A stretch of 64,000 nt of DNA, from NCBI RefSeq assembly GCF_004010195.1, contig NC_057718.1, positions 43,780,280 to 43,844,279 of the forward strand. Direction: 5' to 3'. The position numbers and the translations under genes are program-made. The notes under the pieces were generated by a model. The model worked only from the letters and a program-made list of their open reading frames with translations, was not told the DNA's origin and ran no database searches. Positions within the stretch are counted from its first letter, which is position 1. Each line of letters starts with the position of its first letter. Positions 51,689 to 63,567 of this stretch are shown in pieces. The stretch comes from Chiloscyllium plagiosum. Taxonomy: Eukaryota.

Positions 51689-53669
51689 ATCGTAACAATA
51701 CTTCTAACCAAAATCATTTGTCTGGATGAATCCCACTGCCACCAATTGCCCACTGTCCACTTCAGGCCAAAACACCTTTTTTGTCAACTTATTGTGCAAA
51801 AGTATTCTATTCAAACAAAGTGACTTCATAAAATTTAGTCAATATACTCTTCCATGCTGTCAACATAAATGTGCCCATGCCCTATGCAAGTTTAGCCTTA
51901 ACTTTCACAGTTCTGGATTAGATTATATTCTATTTGATATTGTCATGTTTTCAACAAAAGTACGAGGTGAAATAGCAAATTTTAAAGTATTCAGTGTTGA
52001 AAGAATACTGACATGGGCACACTTTGATTAACATACAACATACATATTTCCAAACCCCAATTTTTAAATATGTTATTAGATACATATAATTTTCTTGACC
52101 ACTTCCTTCTCGTGTTTTCTTTACTATTGGTTAATAAAAGTCCATTGCATTCTACCTAATATCTCAAAAAGCTTTTAATCTATTAGCCCTTGTGTTTCAG
52201 ATAGATTAAATTAAAATTTAGGAGTATTGAGAAAAGTACTTTCATTTCCTTTTTTTAAGGATGATGTGATCCTGTTAAGCGCAGTGTCAGCAATGCAATG
52301 CAAGATTGTGTTGTAAATGTATTATTGAACCTTTTATCCCATCTACAGCATTCTTAAGTGTCTTAAGCATTCTCACCAGTGAAAACTGTCTGTTTTCAGC
52401 TCTTAACAAAATCAAGGGAAGGAAATTCATCTTATACCTGAATGTAATAACATCAGGTTGCTCAAATATGGAGTCTCAATGAAAAGAATAATCATTCTAT
52501 TCTGATCATCTTATATGAACATTATTGCTATTTTAATACTGTTGAATGCAAAAGGTCAGATTTTAACAGATTATTATTGCATTTTTGGATCAGTATAAAA
52601 TAAGGCAGCAAATAGTTTTCACACTTGATCTTTTATGTAATGGTATTGATAAAGCATCTTTTGGTAAAACAGAGTATTTCATCAATGTAACTTTTTTTGC
52701 AAACTATGTGCTTTGAATTAATATATCCTGTTTACGACTGCTTAACTGATGCAAAAGTCATCATGGCATGCTCTTTATTATATTCATTTTGCTGCAATAC
52801 TTCCTGTACAGCTTTCCAAAGATAGCAACATTTAGATGATGTCAATGTTAGTAATAAAAAAAAGCATCATATAAACAATTTGCAAATTTAGTATTTGTGT
52901 GGAGAACAGCAATTTGGGTAACAAATGAATGTAAGCTATGCAAATTGAAGATATTTATGCATCAAGTATAACTTAAGCAATAACTAAAAAGTTCCTGTTT
53001 AATAATTAGGTGCTGACCATTTAGTTAGTACAAGACATATATAATTCACAGCATATTTGTATTTATGTGGAAAAATTTGTTTATTTTTGTTTTATTTATT
53101 TCTGTAACATACTCATGATATTAAAATTGCAGTATTTGTCACAACACCGTTGCTATAATCTTGCTTCTTTTACATCCATAGTACGGGTTCATGACTTTCC
53201 AACTTGCACAAAATGATATTTCTAATTTTCTTAATTTTGGGTTTTTTTTATCATGGTGGGATGATTGCCAAAAATGCAATGAGAAACATGATCTATCTTA
53301 TGAAGCCCTGGCTGTGTTTGATGTAAGTAATTTCCCAATCCTGTTTTTGCAATGAAGTCTCTCTGGTAATATAGGCAAATGCAGACATTCCAAACTACAA
53401 ATGAAACAAATGATGAATTCATTGTTTCCACTGCTGTTGGTTGAGGGAACTATGTCTGCTAGGACACTGTGGGAATTCACCTGCTCTTCAAACCAATTTG
53501 ACTTTCTTTTTAAGTCGATAAGGTATCTGGTCTTGAAATGGTTAATGCTAAAGAATGCATTAAGCTCTGCCCAATATGATGATGCCAAAAGGACTTGATA
53601 GGGAGAACAGCTCTGGATATTGAACATAGACGTACCGATGCATGGGGCTAAATATTGTTTTTTGAGATT

Positions 53670-56552
53670 TTTGGGGAACTTGTCACTGTGAGGGCTATTG
53701 AATTGTCTCACCCAGTCTTGCCAGACGTGCCTCATGAATTACCTATCACACCTCATGATATTTCCTAGGTCCTATTTCCACCCCAGCTTTCCACATACTG
53801 TTCCTGGAACAACTCATCACTGAGAGGATATCCTGGAATTCACTAAGATTACCTTTCACCTGTGCTATCTGTCAAAGTGTATTGAGCACCCAGGCAAGCT
53901 CTGTTAGTCTAGAATTGTCATGTCCAGTTTCTGATGTATACCTTAGACATGGCAGACAAGAGAAAATTGGCACCCTGTATTGCTAGTGGGGTCCAGGATG
54001 GGCTGGAGTCAGAATGGGATTTCCTTCTCCCTCGAGACCAGTAACGGAGACCACATCAGGCCACACCAATCTAGTCCAAGGTTGCCACCTAGGTTAAAGC
54101 TGACTCAGCCATCTAAAAGAATGCCTATCACTATAAGGTAATGTCAATATCCTTCTCATTCCTCCAGGTAGGTTACATAATCTTCTCTCTGACACCTCAG
54201 ATTTGCTCTTTCGCTGCTACTATATATACCTCCCACCAAGGATCATGCTCACCACTCTCTCAATTGCCTGCAACATCTTCCCTCACTTGCCATCTCCCAT
54301 TCCAACCTGCCACACCACTAACCCTGAATACCCCCTGTGTTGCCTTCTTGCTCACATGGGACATGTTGTCATATGCACCAACAATAATAGCTGTGCCAAT
54401 CAATTTAATCTCTCATTCCAAGGGGAAAACAACCCACAATAGGGCAGTAAGAGTCAAGATGGGTGGTGTGCTGCCTGTCTTTTATCTCCTCACTCCTTAC
54501 ATGAAGAGAGTCCTGGCTCTGACAACCTTGAGCAGGGCTTGGCATGGTCTCAGAGGCTGCCCTTGACTTACTGTTCCAGGACACATTGAGTGAAGGCTAT
54601 CTTCCTTGACTTAATTGAAGACTGAGTACTATGAGTTTTGTATTTCCAGATGAGGGTCACAAAAAGGTAATGCAAGGCAGGGATGTTGTGAATATCCAGA
54701 TAGGCTAAGAGAGAGAGTGTTATGACAGCATGTGAAGATCCTGGAGATGCAGCCTGGTCCAGTCCATGAACTGGTTGCACATCCACAAGCACACGATTTC
54801 CTTGCTGCAGCATTTCAATGATTGCTACTGGTGCTACCCTAGTTCATCATAGAACTGCAAAAATGTAATGCAAGTGGATCCAAAATTTTTCCTGCAGGGT
54901 TATTCAGTTATTTTCTGATTTTTAAGTGATTTGAATGGCTCCCAGACCCCTTGTTCTGGACACTGGACTTATTTAGGGGATGTGAAATGAAGATGCAGTA
55001 GTCAGATGTTTCAGGACAAAAGAATCTCTGCGTTCTTTTCAAATACAAAAGGTAATTATAATACAAGAAAATAGGTAACACAATAAAACAAGAAAATTGA
55101 CACTATCAATACACAAGAGAACAGTAGTACTTTAAATACACTATTAACTAGATTAACATTGTAAGAACACTATCCTACTGACACACAGAGAAAACAACAG
55201 TGTTTAATTTCAGAGTCTTTACTGAGAAATCTTACCCTTGGAGTCTTAATGCACTGTCACCACTCGTCTTCCTCTTCCTGCTAGTTAGGTTGGAACTTTG
55301 GGGTCTTGGGAACTTATGCTCACCACTGAGGAAAGCACAGTTTTGAAGAGTGGCTGGCTGTTCCCACTTGCTGCTCCCCACGCCGGGACGAAGACTTCGG
55401 AATGTGTAGGTTCATCAATTTGAGTTGAGTCCGCTGATCCGGTAAGGTGCACATTGGATCTGTTGAGTAGGTACCCGGTTTTCATTACTTTTGTCTGGTT
55501 TTGCAGGCCTGGGTTTCATCTCAGGTTTTGCCTATGGACTTTGGTGTTGGTCGGTCGGTTATTCCTCGGGGTTGTTGGTCTTTATTTATGGTGGTGCTGG
55601 TTTAGTTGCTGAGGTTCTTGCCATCATTTTTTTTTTTTGGATCAGAACAGGCTGTGTCTGGAGACTCTTGTTCAGAATTCTTGGTTGACTCTCCCCTCTT
55701 GGATGTCTTTTGTTCCGATAAAAGTTTTTGGTTTGTGCTCCATGTTTCTTGGTTCCGAAGCTGCTTGTTGGGATGTGGAAACCTGTGGGAAAGCAGTTTG
55801 TGCAGAAGGCTGTTGTGGAAAAGGCCACCTGTATTATATCTTGACATTCTCTTCTGAAGTTAATTGGCTGTTCCGATCTTGAGAGTAGGTGTGAATGGAT
55901 TTCAATTAAGGTTGAATGCCTGGTATCTCTTTAGGCCCCATAGAGTCTGCGCTGGGTAGCCCAAGATGTAAAGGATGCCTTGGCTACAGTTTATTGGCTT
56001 CTGTTTGTCCATTGAGAGGAGGTGTAAATTGGAATTCCAGCCTGAACATTGGTTCCAGATAGCTATCTCCATTCCATGAATTATGCGGTCCCCTTTACCT
56101 TTTAAAAGTTTTGAAAAGTCCAGAGTTTCATGCAATGTTTTAAATATTGGAGATTTTTGCTCAATCCTACAGACCTGAGGGTTCTTAGAGCATGATATAT
56201 GTTGGATGCCAATGTCTGTGACACATGCACTGAGATGTTGGTGCCCAGTTTCCAACATGGAGTCTTCTTAGGTCAACTGGCAAGCTGAATTTGCTTTTGT
56301 TCCTAGCTGAGCTTTCACATCATCAAGCTTATTTGGTGAGTTTGGTGGGATGGGAGAGTAAATATCAATGAGGTGAATTCACTTAGCAAGGTTTAACAAA
56401 CAATAATTAACCTCAAGTAGCAACTCCCCGCTTGAGAAAAGCATGCAAGATGGTGCAAGTCATTTCTGATGTCAAGTTAGACCTTGCTGCACTTGTCACC
56501 CAATTCTGCAACACTTCTCACAATACTGCTGAGACTCTTAAGATTCTGCCAT
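53670..56552. mobile_element. Harbinger-like relic containing an unclassified LTR-like insertion (about 54930-56280)
   Basis: Block at 54180-54300 is shared with other Harbinger relics; TIR-like TAAGATTCTGCC near 56540; the inner segment has decayed coding-like minus-strand sequence. Confidence 0.35.
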
Positions 56553-57302
56553 CATCTTTGTATCCACATCTATCATACAAAAATAATGTGCTTGTTTGAC
56601 ATCATATAATAGCTACATCTTCTTTGGGCCAACAGCCTCTTCACATTAGGCTACCTCTGGTTTGTGTCTACCATACTTGGCCAAGCAGGTCCTGTCAATC
56701 CCATTCTAAAAGGAGTACAGTGACAGCAAACCTACCTTAGTAACCAGTCCTTCAGATAGCTCACTCAATATAAGGAACAGTCATGAGGATTCATCACAAA
56801 ACAATTACATCCAACTAAACAGCAGATATTTTCAATAAAACCAAGGACTGTGGATGCTGAAGATCTTGAATAAAATCAAAATTTGCTGGAGATATTCACT
56901 GGGTCTGGCTTTCTCTGTGGAGAGAGAGCAGAGTTAACATTTCAAGTCCAGTGACTTTTCTTTAGAATCCTATTCTCTATTATCTTTCAAAAGTTAAAGT
57001 TTCATAAAATCAGTATTTCCTTAATGATCAATTAAAATTTTAACTTAAATTACATGCTTAGGTCTAATGATGAGACTTGAATTTTATGAATATCTAACTC
57101 AGAAATAAAAGTGCTTGTCTATGCTCCACACTGAGCCAAGTTGACATTTAAGAAAAGGAAGAGAATATAAACATACCATAGAATATAAACTATGATTTAA
57201 ATCACAAGCTTCTGCATCAATACTCCCCTTTATACATAATTTGAAAGCATTTTCTTTTGTATGTTGAGTCTTTCTTGAATATTTTATATGAATGATCAGT
57301 GT

Positions 57303-58150
57303 GTTACGTCTAGGTGAGGAGGGGTAATTTGGCTCTTTTTAATACCTCTCAGCTGGCGATAACAAAGATTCTGAATTATTTTTAGTGCACAGCTATACCG
57401 TACATAATTTAAAATATAAAGGAGCCAATAGCAAGGTATTTTTGAGTGGAAGAAGAATTTTATTATTTACTAACCATGAAAAAGTTATAAAGCACAATAT
57501 CAAACACACAAGCACAGGTATAAAGTTTAAAAAGAGTAGTATATCCAAAAGGAAGATCAATTATATACATTTTGCAAGTCCTTCCAGCCCTTGAGGTGTT
57601 GGGTTTTACCTGAGAGCACGTTTGTTTAATTACTGACTTGTACCCTCAGTAGTGACAAAATTTGTAGGTATTTTTGAGATCTCAATGAATTGCTGTTTCT
57701 TTGATTGACTCTATTCGTTAGGTGCAATGTTTGAGAGGCTGGGATGAACATGGAGAGAGAAAGGAAAACCTTATATTTTTATTGTTACAATTCCATGATT
57801 CTTCTCTCTTTGCCCAAAATCTGTTGCCTGAACTATAGTTCAGTTTTATATTCCCGTGCTTAGCTTTACTGTTTCTTTCTATCAAGCTGGATAAACTTTG
57901 ATGCCTATATATGGTACTTGTAGATAGATGTGAATTAAACAGGAGATGGAGATCTGAGTTTCAATGATTCTTAATGATCAAGTTGCTTTCACCACAGACT
58001 TATTCTTGTTTATTAATAGATGCCTGATCTTACCTCAACCTGGTTAGGTGACTACTATGATCATCTTAAGTTAGTGTTCTTCCCTTTTTATAATAGAAAA
58101 TTACCCAAGAACAGTCTGAAAGCATGGAAGTCAGATTGTGGAACTCTAAA
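57303..58150 (-). mobile_element. Possible solo Gypsy LTR
   Basis: Starts TGTTACG..AGGTGAG..GGGG, with TTTATT near 57459; right boundary uncertain. Confidence 0.35.
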
Positions 58151-58380
58151 ATTAATAGTTCATTTTTACCACCAGTGTAATAATGGATACAACTGGAGAG
58201 AGTGACTGGTTCAAAAATTGTTTTTGAAATAATCCATATAAACAGAAAATAAAATTAAAAAGTAAAGGTAAACATAATTGTACTGTGACTTGTTTCCATC
58301 CAATAGAGTAAGAAATGAGGCAGTTTGACAATTTATTTTCTACTTTACAAACTGTTAATTTCATGTCATATTTTGTTCTA

Positions 58381-58575
58381 CAGGTAGACAATCCTTTATC
58401 TGAAATTCCGAAATCTGAATTTTTTTTCCTGAAGTTTTTTTTTCCATTAACAATGTTGCGTGGCGTGCATACAGCTAAAGCAACTCCACACCTACTCAAC
58501 CCACGTCACTCAAATGTGATGTAGTGGCGTGACCCAGCACTGACAGGCATTAATTCTGTCTCAGTGCTCATAGTA
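58381..58575 (+). mobile_element. Tc1/mariner (Tigger-like) end
   Basis: TA followed by CAGGTAGACAATCCTTTATCTGAAATTCCGAAATCTGAA; no partner TIR found. Confidence 0.4.
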
Positions 58576-58579
58576 ATCA

Positions 58580-58857
58580 CAGCTCATAAGCCCTTGGTGA
58601 TAGGGGATCTCAGGCTAAACCAGCTCATAGGCCGTCAGTGGTAGGGGATCTCAGGCTAAACCAGCTCATAGGCTGTCAGTGATAGGGGATCTCAGGCTAA
58701 ACCAGCTCATAGGCCGTCAGTAATAGGGGATCTCAGGCTAAACCAGCTCATAGGCCGTCAGTGATAGGGGATCTCAGGCTAAACCAGCTCATAGGCCCTC
58801 GGTAATAGGGGATCTCAAGCTAAACCAGCTATAAGGCCCTCGGTGATAGGAGATCTT
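58580..58857. repeat. 41-bp minisatellite, about 6.8 copies
   Basis: Unit CAGCTCATAGGCCGTCAGTGATAGGGGATCTCAGGCTAAAC starts at 58580, 58621, 58662, 58703, 58744, 58785 and 58826. Confidence 0.95.
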
Positions 58858-59554
58858 GCCCTCGAGGTACCTGCCAATTTGATTGGTTGGTGTTTCTAGA
58901 ACTCATGGCTGTGTCACAGCTGTGGGAGCTGCTGAGGTTGCAAGAAGGAGTATGACAAAGATGGATGGCTACAGCAGACAGGTAAGCTCCTGGCTTTTAG
59001 GGTGGAGAAGGATTTGAGGCCTCATGGATTGATGAGAGTGAGGTTGAAGATTGGGTTTTGGAGGACAGACAGTGAGGTATGTGGAAGCGGACCATCTAGA
59101 AATTAGTGCCAATGTGCACAAGGCACCATGTGAGTGATATAACTCTCTCCAAATCTGTTTAGTGTGCCACCTTGCACCAGCCTGTCCATACTAACCATAC
59201 TATGATGCTGGTAGGGTACTATCTAGATCAATCAATATGACAATAAGCTCAATTGATCCTTAACTGGTTATTTAAGTGTGCCAGGCAATTTGCTGATTGC
59301 AGTACCTATCTATCCATTCTATTCTGCTGGGCAGCTCAATGGTGGTTTTGCCACCCTTTGTTCTGCATGCGCTCCCCACCCTGCACATTCCCAGTGGAGG
59401 AAGTTGTAAAATCCAGGAGACGACACTTAATATACAATATATTAAAATGAATAATGAAGACACATTATAATACAATATGATTGATAGTTATCTACACTTT
59501 GTTAGTTGCTAAATCACACATGGTACATTGAAAATGGATGTTCTTCTCTTACAG

Positions 59555-59671
59555 GGTTAGCTGGCTATTCCCCACATCAGCTCGTGCTTGAAGCATGCAC
59601 AGTTGTTGGCTATGCAAACAGTTTGCAGATCACTGTGTTTATATCCTGGACTCAAGAAGCATATATGTGCA
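59555..59671 (+). pseudogene. USH2A: USH2A exon relic (about human exon 33) with an internal frameshifting deletion
   Basis: Acceptor ttcttctcttacag. Reads LAGYSPHQLVLEACTVVGYANSLQITVF, lacks about 15 codons (2 nt remain), then ILDSRSIYVQ. Phase-2 donor GTATGT. Confidence 0.9.
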
Positions 59672-61227
59672 GTATGTAGCCTTCACAAAACACCATTTAT
59701 GTTCTGTATACTATAAAATTCTCCAAAGGGATCAATCAGAAAGCGTTTGTGACAGAAAATTTAATTTAACTGATTAAATGCATCAAAGTGATTAGTTTAG
59801 TGATACTGTGAACCGTTGATTATCATTTGCTGTTCAGAAGCCAACTTAATACTATTATTAGGTTTAAAAAATCAAGTTAGCTACCTACAATTTGAAGGAA
59901 TATTGATGGCTGTGTTGATATTTAGAAAGAAAATTTATTTCATCTCCTCTGAAATTACTGGATACTGTTACATTTATATGGGAAAGAAATAATCTGTTTC
60001 AGGATTTAAATAAAAATCTATTTAATTTTTAGCCTTTTTTTAACAACGTCACATGACGACTAAAGCCTGCGGTTAGCTAATGTTTGAAATTGCTAAGTCA
60101 AAACAGTCGATCGCTAAGCTTACCCAAATATATCTCGGGGTTACACTTGCCATAAATCTGTCGCATCGTAAAATTCTTTCTGAAAATCATATAGGATTTT
60201 TATTATGGATTATAGGATTTAATAGAATTCTATAGCAGAAGCTGTAAATTATATGGAATTTTTACAATTGATAATAAGATTTAACAGGATTATATAGTAC
60301 ACCCTATAAATTATGGGCAATTTTTAGAATTGCAGAGTTTTTCCTATTTTTCTTAATTGAATAACATACCTCTATTTTCTGCAAATAATGGAATCTGTTG
60401 ATGAATTAGCCAAGCAGGCCTTGCAATTATTTTTCCAAAAATATGTATTTGTCACCCAGGCTATTTGGACACAAGTTATTCTATGTTTCAACTCCAATTC
60501 TTTTATATACATGAAAAGTATCTGACTTTTCCATTTCATTCTACTTTCCCTAAGAATATATTGATATCATTGTGAGTCACTCTGGAGAAAGCCAAAACTT
60601 AACTTCTCCTTCTAAAAGTTGAATGCCTTCAGTAAATTCATTTTATAATGATAAGTTTATAATTAGATTTAATTGCATATTTTCCATATAAGAGTTTGGG
60701 TTGTTTCACATTTTACCTTTTTCCTTCCAATTTGAAAAGTGAATGGTCTAATTTGTGTCTGTAATTTGTTGTTGATTGTTGTTTTAAGTTGCTACAACCA
60801 CAATTTCAAAAATAAATTGGAGATGCCAGTGTTAGACTGGGGTGTACAAAGTTAAAAATCACACCACACTAGGTTATAGTCCAACAGGTTTAATTGGAAG
60901 CACTAGCATTCGGAGTGCTGCTCCTTCATCCACAACCACCTTATTCTTATTCTTATTTTTATTTATATACCTCAACCTTCATTGCTTTACAGGAAGATCC
61001 AAGGAGTATTAAGACCAGGATACATTTATACCTAATGCAGATTGCTAACATTATTGTTCTATAGTTCTATTGTCTATTTTTTCATGTCATGATATAAAGA
61101 AGCATTTACTGTCAGTGAAATTTTTTTGATGAAGTTGATGATATCACCATCAGTTTGAATGCTACTTGCAAGTTGCTGTGATCACAATAATAATGGTGCA
61201 TTCATGCATTTCATATTGAGGTGTATT

Positions 61228-61349
61228 TTTCTTCGCTACATTGATGACTGTATCGGCGCTACCTCGTGCTCCTGCCTGACCTGCTGTGCTGTTCCAGCAA
61301 TAAAGTTTCAACTTTGATCTCCAGCATCTGCAGACCTCACTTTCTCCTC
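61228..61349 (+). mobile_element. Collapsed Penelope: RT core joined to the terminal repeat
   Basis: FLRYIDDCIGATSCS (61228-61272) is fused to TGCCTGACCTGCTG..CATCTGCAGACCTCACTTTCTCC; GTATT on both sides. Confidence 0.75.
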
Positions 61350-61862
61350 GTATTGCTCACAATCTCAATCATGAGGAGCATAAGGGTATAAACATACATT
61401 TGTCAATTGTCTGATATCCAAATAAAACTCACTTTTTGAGGAGGATCTCTCTGTGACTGAGGTGGCTCTAAGATACCATTCCTGATGAAGGAAATTCAGA
61501 ACCAAGTTGCTGTAATACATGTAATAACTGTACAGCTGGACCAGGAGGCTTTGGCAGTATTCCAACGTGCTATGCAAGGTTAAGCAACCTTGCTCACTAA
61601 TTTTCCAACACATAGGTGGACAAGTAGCAGAAAGTTAAACATTTTTATTGGTTAAACTTCTGAAGTATACTGCCATATACCTGAAATTCGTAAACACTAT
61701 CTCTCGTCCTGTGGTAGAAATGTACATTATATAAAAGAAAAATAGAAATTCCACATGTGTGGATTGCTCAATAGCTTGATTTGAATACTTTTGAGCATGG
61801 TGATATGTTATTGTATAAATCAAATACCTAGTTAACAAAAATAATTTATGGGGGTAATAGCT

Positions 61863-62403
61863 TAGAGTCATAGAGATGTACAGCATGAAACAAACCCTTC
61901 AGTCCAACTCTTCCATGCCAACCAAATATCTCAACCCAATCCAGTCCCACCTGCCAGAACCCAGTCCATATCCCTCCAAACCCTTCCTATTCATATACCC
62001 ATCCAAATACCTTTTAAATGTTGCAATTGTACCAGCCTCCACCACTTCCTCTGGCAGTTCATTCCATACATGTACCACCCTCTGCATGAAAATGTTGCAT
62101 CACGTTAGCCAACCTCCAGTCTTCTGGCACCTCACCTGTGACTATCGATGATACAAATATCTCAGCAAGAGGCCCAGCAATCACTTCTCTAGCTTCCCAC
62201 AGAGTTCTTGGGTACACCTGATCAGGTCCTGGGGATTTATCCACCTTTAACCGTTTCAAGACATCCAACGCTTCTTCCTCTGTAATCTGGACATTTTGCA
62301 AGATGTCACCATCTATTTCCCTACAGTCTATATCTTGCATATCCTTTTCCACAGTAAATTCTGATGCAAAATATTCATTTAGTATCTGCCCCATTTTCTG
62401 TGA
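61863..62403 (-). mobile_element. CR1 LINE with large internal deletion
   Basis: ILNEYFASEFT..KSPGPDQVYPRTLWE..VPEDWRLANV is joined near 62099 directly to the ORF2 C-terminus and 3' UTR. Confidence 0.9.
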
Positions 62404-63402
62404 CTACTGAAGTCACAGTTACATCACAGCTTACCCTGAGACGCTCATCTAGTTAGTCATCATACCCAAATCTAAACATTTCTCCCCTAAGTACTTTTGC
62501 AGTTTCTATCATGATTAACTAAAACTATTTTCTTAACATTACTAACTGGAGCATTTAACTAAAAGTATTCCCTTTAAGATTGATCAATTGTACTTCCAAG
62601 TCAACCATCTCCCATCAAAATCTATTATCCATAGATTCAAGCACTGCAGAGATCTCACAATTCTCCCTGATGTGGTCATCTTGTGCGATGCAGATGGTGT
62701 TAGCCTGAAGGTTGACCTGGAATTGTATATATTGTAAATATGACACTGGCTCAAGTCATGCTCCAGCATGATCAGATCTTAAGTTCTGGATCTTTGGCCT
62801 AAAGTGGAGAGTGTAGTGTGTATTCCAGGTGTGGAAAAGTTACTGCCACAATATGCTGATCCAGAGGTGTTAGGAAAGGTTTGGTATTGTTGGTAAAGGC
62901 AAAAGCTGAGACTTGAGTCATGGCCTTCCTAGCACTCAGGCTCAGTGATTTGCATCTTGTGCACCACTCTCCTGGATCCTGCAGACATTTGGTTCATTTG
63001 TTCCACTCCATCCACTTCAAATTGAATTGTATCCAAAATATGTGATCTGACCTCTTCTTAAATATATTAATGAGTTCACTGCCTGTTGTCAGTGAAAACG
63101 CTAGCTCCTAAATCAAGGTTCACTTGAAAATCCGAACCAGTGGACCTCTTGTGAACAGTCTTGTGATTTATTTTTAATTATCATCTCATTACCATGTCAT
63201 TTCCATTTAACGATGAGTTGATGGGGGGGTGAAACTGGAAAGTAGTTTCTAAAATCTTTAGTAATTGGATATAAATAGGTTAAATGAGCTCATTAGAATT
63301 CTATATTTAAGCTAGATGAACAAAGATGTTTTGCCAACTATAATGAATTGTCGATATACCTTTTTTGAGTCTGAGTAAATTATATTTCTCTGGCAAATTT
63401 AG

Positions 63403-63567
63403 GTGGAATGAACCTGCAGAAATTAATGGTCATCTTGAACTTTACTTTCTATATGTTTGGGCCAATGAAGAGAATTTAAGGAACATAAATGTAATAGCTC
63501 CCAACTAGTTGTGAATTTCACTGTGGGATAATTTGAAACTGAGACAAAATACTTTATAAAACTTTCT
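63403..63567 (+). pseudogene. USH2A: USH2A exon relic (about human exon 34) with frameshift, stop and degenerate donor
   Basis: Acceptor aatttag. Reads WNEPAEINGHLELYFLYVWANEENLRNIN, about 7 nt lost near 63491, then NSSQLVVNFTVG*FETETKYFIKLS. TAA at 63529; followed by GCATCT rather than GT. Confidence 0.88.

Larger units (their letters stand above)
9481..63567 (+). pseudogene. USH2A: Usherin (USH2A) unprocessed pseudogene, partial: relics of 7 consecutive exons (LamG2 end and FN3 repeats); likely extends beyond both ends of the window
   Basis: Eight segments in collinear order and matching splice phases translate to GFGECIGDIKF..VNLDGCLS, RVIATND*G, PQNVSTPSRIHSINGYRVKVSWDEPAEVRGVIEKYILKA, LIPFTNY..CTLAG, AP*DVQ, LLVS*PLPNHANAII, PHQLVLEACTVVG..ILDSRSI and WNEPAEINGHLELY. 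These match the remembered human usherin sequence. Confidence 0.93.

Noticed and set aside
58580..58857. CRISPR-like array
   Set aside because: Units are head-to-tail with no unique spacers, there are no cas genes, and the context is vertebrate.
9481..63567. Sequencing error as the cause of the USH2A lesions
   Set aside because: Lesions include many substitutions to stops, splice-site changes and 4-, 7- and 43-nt deletions outside homopolymers. Read-level confirmation is still needed.
9481..63567. Processed pseudogene
   Set aside because: Exons are separated by introns with recognisable splice signals.
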